Below are positions 61,583-64,000 of a DNA stretch of 64,000 nt, piece by piece (position 1 is the stretch's first letter; the number at the start of each line of letters is the position of its first letter). This stretch comes from Candidatus Aminicenantales bacterium. GTDB taxonomy: Bacteria > Acidobacteriota > Aminicenantia > Aminicenantales > Saccharicenantaceae. A program made the position numbers and the translations under genes. The notes below the pieces were generated by a model. It had not been told where the DNA came from. It made no database searches and was given only the letters and a program-made list of their open reading frames with translations. The stretch covers positions 1-64,000 of the forward strand of contig JBEKXF010000017.1 of NCBI GenBank assembly GCA_049512315.1, in the 5' to 3' direction.

Positions 61583-62464
61583 ATGGATGACTTTGGGCAA
61601 TCCTTCGTGCACAATTTCTATTTGACGGAGGAGTATGCCCGTTTTTGCTCGAAGATCGCGAATATCCCCCTAAAGAAAAGAACCGTTGACGGCCAGGTCA
61701 TTTATACCCTTAAAAACAAGAACGTCGCGATCAGCAATTACCCCGGCGATCTTTGCCGGGAATTCAAGAGGCAGAAAATCACCCATCTCCGCGTCACGCC
61801 CGAGTTCAACGATCTGGCTCCCCGCCCTTCCCTCATGGAATACTCCATTTTCCATAAGACCACCTACGAAGAAGCTTTCAAAAAATACCGGACGTCCTTC
61901 TTCCACGGCTTGAGGGAAGGCAAGAAATTCCCCCATCAGATCCGGATTGTTCGCCGGCCCGACGGCCAGCTCGTCGGCGATATCTATCGCATTTACACGG
62001 ATCAGATGAAACGTCACAATTCCTACCATTTCCCCTTGTCTTTCTTTGAGACTTTCCTGGCCAGCCCTTCGGCCCTGTTGTTCCTGATCGAATATCAGCA
62101 GCAGGTCGTCGCCTACTTCTGCTGCTTCCAACACCACGACAATATCTACGCTTCCATTGGGGGCGGCAACCCCCGTTACTTTTCCCACAAGAGCTCCAAC
62201 AAGCTCTATGACGAGCTCATCCGCTACGCCTGCCAGAACGCCCTCACCATCCATTTGGGCATCGGAGAACATGCCGCCGGCTACCAGAAGTTCAAGCGGA
62301 ACGCCGGGTTGAGCTGTTATCGGGTCGAAAGGTTTCCCGATGATGATAACGTGCTCAGGCTGTCGATCCCATTCTTGAAGTTCCGGCTGACGGGAAAGGT
62401 CCTCGACGCAGCCTCGTCCCTTTTCCCTCACCTCGTTACCTACATCTCGATGCCGTTCACGTAA
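61583..62464 (+). CDS. GNAT/FemAB-like acyltransferase domain protein
   Basis: NKLYDELIRYA...HLG......YQKFKR.G C-terminal motif. Confidence 0.65.
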   Translation: MDDFGQSFVHNFYLTEEYARFCSKIANIPLKKRTVDGQVIYTLKNKNVAISNYPGDLCREFKRQKITHLRVTPEFNDLAPRPSLMEYSIFHKTTYEEAFKKYRTSFFHGLREGKKFPHQIRIVRRPDGQLVGDIYRIYTDQMKRHNSYHFPLSFFETFLASPSALLFLIEYQQQVVAYFCCFQHHDNIYASIGGGNPRYFSHKSSNKLYDELIRYACQNALTIHLGIGEHAAGYQKFKRNAGLSCYRVERFPDDDNVLRLSIPFLKFRLTGKVLDAASSLFPHLVTYISMPFT

Positions 62465-62468
62465 ACCG

Positions 62469-63485
62469 ATGAAACGCGTTTTTTCGTCCCCGGTCCTCAG
62501 AATAGCTTTCGGTTTCGTCCTGGCCGCCGTCTGCCTGTACTGGGTCTTCCACGGTACGGACTGGAAGACGCTGGCCGGGAATCTGAAGGCTATCGACCCG
62601 GCCTGGGCCTCACTCGGGATCTTGCTCGTGGCGCTGAGCTTCGTCTGCCACGGCCTCCGGTGGCACCTCCTTCTCAAGCCTCTGGGAGCCATCCGGGTCC
62701 TCCGCGCTGCCCAGGCTGTCTATTGCGGAATTTTCTTAGACGAGCTCGTGCCGATGGGGTTCGGAGAAATCACCCGGGCCTACATCGTATCGGTTTGGAT
62801 GGGAAAGCCATTCGTGTCCATCATCCCCTCCATGGCCATGGAGCGCCTGCTCGAAGCGGCCTGGCTCGCGATCGGCATCGGCGCGACCGCCCTGGCCGTG
62901 CCGCTGCCAAGGGACCTCAATCGGGCGGTGGGCATCTTCGGCCTGATCGTCTTGGTGCTCGCCGGGCTCGTCCTGTTCATCACGACCAGGAAAAAGAAGG
63001 GCGGGGAAAATGACAGCCCACGAAGGATGCTCCAGGGAAGGCTCGCCCGCCAGCTCAGGTCACTCCTCGGGCGCTTGGGAGACGGGTTCCGGTCCATCGG
63101 ATTCTCGCGTGATCTTGGCGCGGCATTCATGATCTCGTTCTTCGTCTTCGCCCTGCGGGCCGCGGCCCTGTGGTGTTTCATGAGGGCCTACGGGCTCTAC
63201 CTCCCGTTCTGGATGGGGGCCGCGACGTTCGTCATCATCCTTTTCGGCACGGCCCTTCCCCTGACTCCGGCCAGCATCGGGACGAACCAGTTCTTCTGTG
63301 TCGTCGGCTTGTCGCTTTTCGGCGTCGGGAAGACCGCCGCGGCGGGTTTCTCCATGGTCGGCTACATTCTCATGCTGTTCCCCACGCTGGCCATCGGCGC
63401 TTTCGCCCTGGCCAGGAGCGGGATCACGATTTCCGTTCTCAAGGAAAAGGTCCGCCGCCTGAAGGTGGACAAGGCGCGGAACTGA
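62469..63485 (+). CDS. Lysylphosphatidylglycerol synthase transmembrane-domain (flippase-like) protein
   Basis: RW..LL, P...GE..RA, ERL.E and PLTPASIG motifs; multi-TM. Confidence 0.85.
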   Translation: MKRVFSSPVLRIAFGFVLAAVCLYWVFHGTDWKTLAGNLKAIDPAWASLGILLVALSFVCHGLRWHLLLKPLGAIRVLRAAQAVYCGIFLDELVPMGFGEITRAYIVSVWMGKPFVSIIPSMAMERLLEAAWLAIGIGATALAVPLPRDLNRAVGIFGLIVLVLAGLVLFITTRKKKGGENDSPRRMLQGRLARQLRSLLGRLGDGFRSIGFSRDLGAAFMISFFVFALRAAALWCFMRAYGLYLPFWMGAATFVIILFGTALPLTPASIGTNQFFCVVGLSLFGVGKTAAAGFSMVGYILMLFPTLAIGAFALARSGITISVLKEKVRRLKVDKARN

Positions 63486-63509
63486 CCTTCTCTCGATGCC
63501 GCCGGGGCT

Positions 63510-64000
63510 TCAGACGGCCCAGGGTTTCCGGTGAGGATAATCGATCAGGCCGTTGGCCGCGTCGTCGCCGACGAACTTCTCGGCCGCGGGGTCCCAGATG
63601 AGCTTGCGTCCGACCTTCATGGCGATGTGAGCCATCGCGCAGATCGAGTTCGAGCGGTGGCCCACCTCGACGGGCGCCGCGGGGTCCTTCCGGCTGCGCA
63701 TGCATTCGAGGAAGTCCTTCATGTGATTGCCGCTTTGGTAGAGCTTGACCTCGCCCTGTCCGGGCTTCCAGTGGAGGATCTCGGGGTCCGAAGCATTGAT
63801 CTCTCCCCTCTGGACGAAGATCCAGCCATGGTCGCCCTCGAAGCGGACGCCGGGAGGGTCCCCAGTCTCCAGGGTCATGTGGACGCCGTTCGCATACGTC
63901 GCTTCGGCGTGGAATTTCGTATGGACGTTGAAAGCTCCCCGGTCGGGGAATTCGGCCGTGGCTTCGATCGAGACCGGGCCGGTTTCGTCCGTGCCATTTC
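63510..64000 (-). CDS. Gfo/Idh/MocA oxidoreductase C-terminal part (partial)
   Basis: FEGDHGWI, HMKDFLECMRSRK.P.APVE.GHRS and GRKL.WDP..E.F motifs. Confidence 0.85.
   Translation of the reverse strand, partial: NGTDETGPVSIEATAEFPDRGAFNVHTKFHAEATYANGVHMTLETGDPPGVRFEGDHGWIFVQRGEINASDPEILHWKPGQGEVKLYQSGNHMKDFLECMRSRKDPAAPVEVGHRSNSICAMAHIAMKVGRKLIWDPAAEKFVGDDAANGLIDYPHRKPWAV

Overview
Bacterial genomic DNA, mostly GC-rich with AT-rich patches. The gene content (Oar-like TonB-dependent receptors, sulfatase-TPR and DUF5107-TPR proteins) suggests an Acidobacteriota/Aminicenantes-like host; this is inference. The window opens in the 5' end of a sigma-70 (rpoD-like) gene. Most of it (~4083-49532) looks like a ~45-kb genomic island integrated in the tRNA-Sec gene (49494-49588). 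The 5' half of the tRNA is duplicated at 4083-4124, a tyrosine integrase ends 8 nt upstream of the intact tRNA, and a relic of an older sister integrase sits 8 nt upstream of the duplicated half. The island carries an AT-rich three-gene candidate defence operon ending in an ADP-ribosyltransferase-like gene, a decaying sugar-catabolism cluster, many IS, intron and pseudogene relics, and a mobile core (serine resolvase, RepA-like AAA helicase, candidate origin, Xis-Int fusion). The most striking feature is two tandem modules beside this core. Each has a sigma-70 promoter, a SAM-I/IV-like riboswitch with a recognisable OFF-type expression platform, a gene of unknown function and a conserved 3' element. 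Downstream of the tRNA lie probable host genes (sigma-54-driven TonB receptor, Kelch lipoprotein, M14 peptidase, GH106 and others). All family assignments come from motif recognition by eye; no searches were run.
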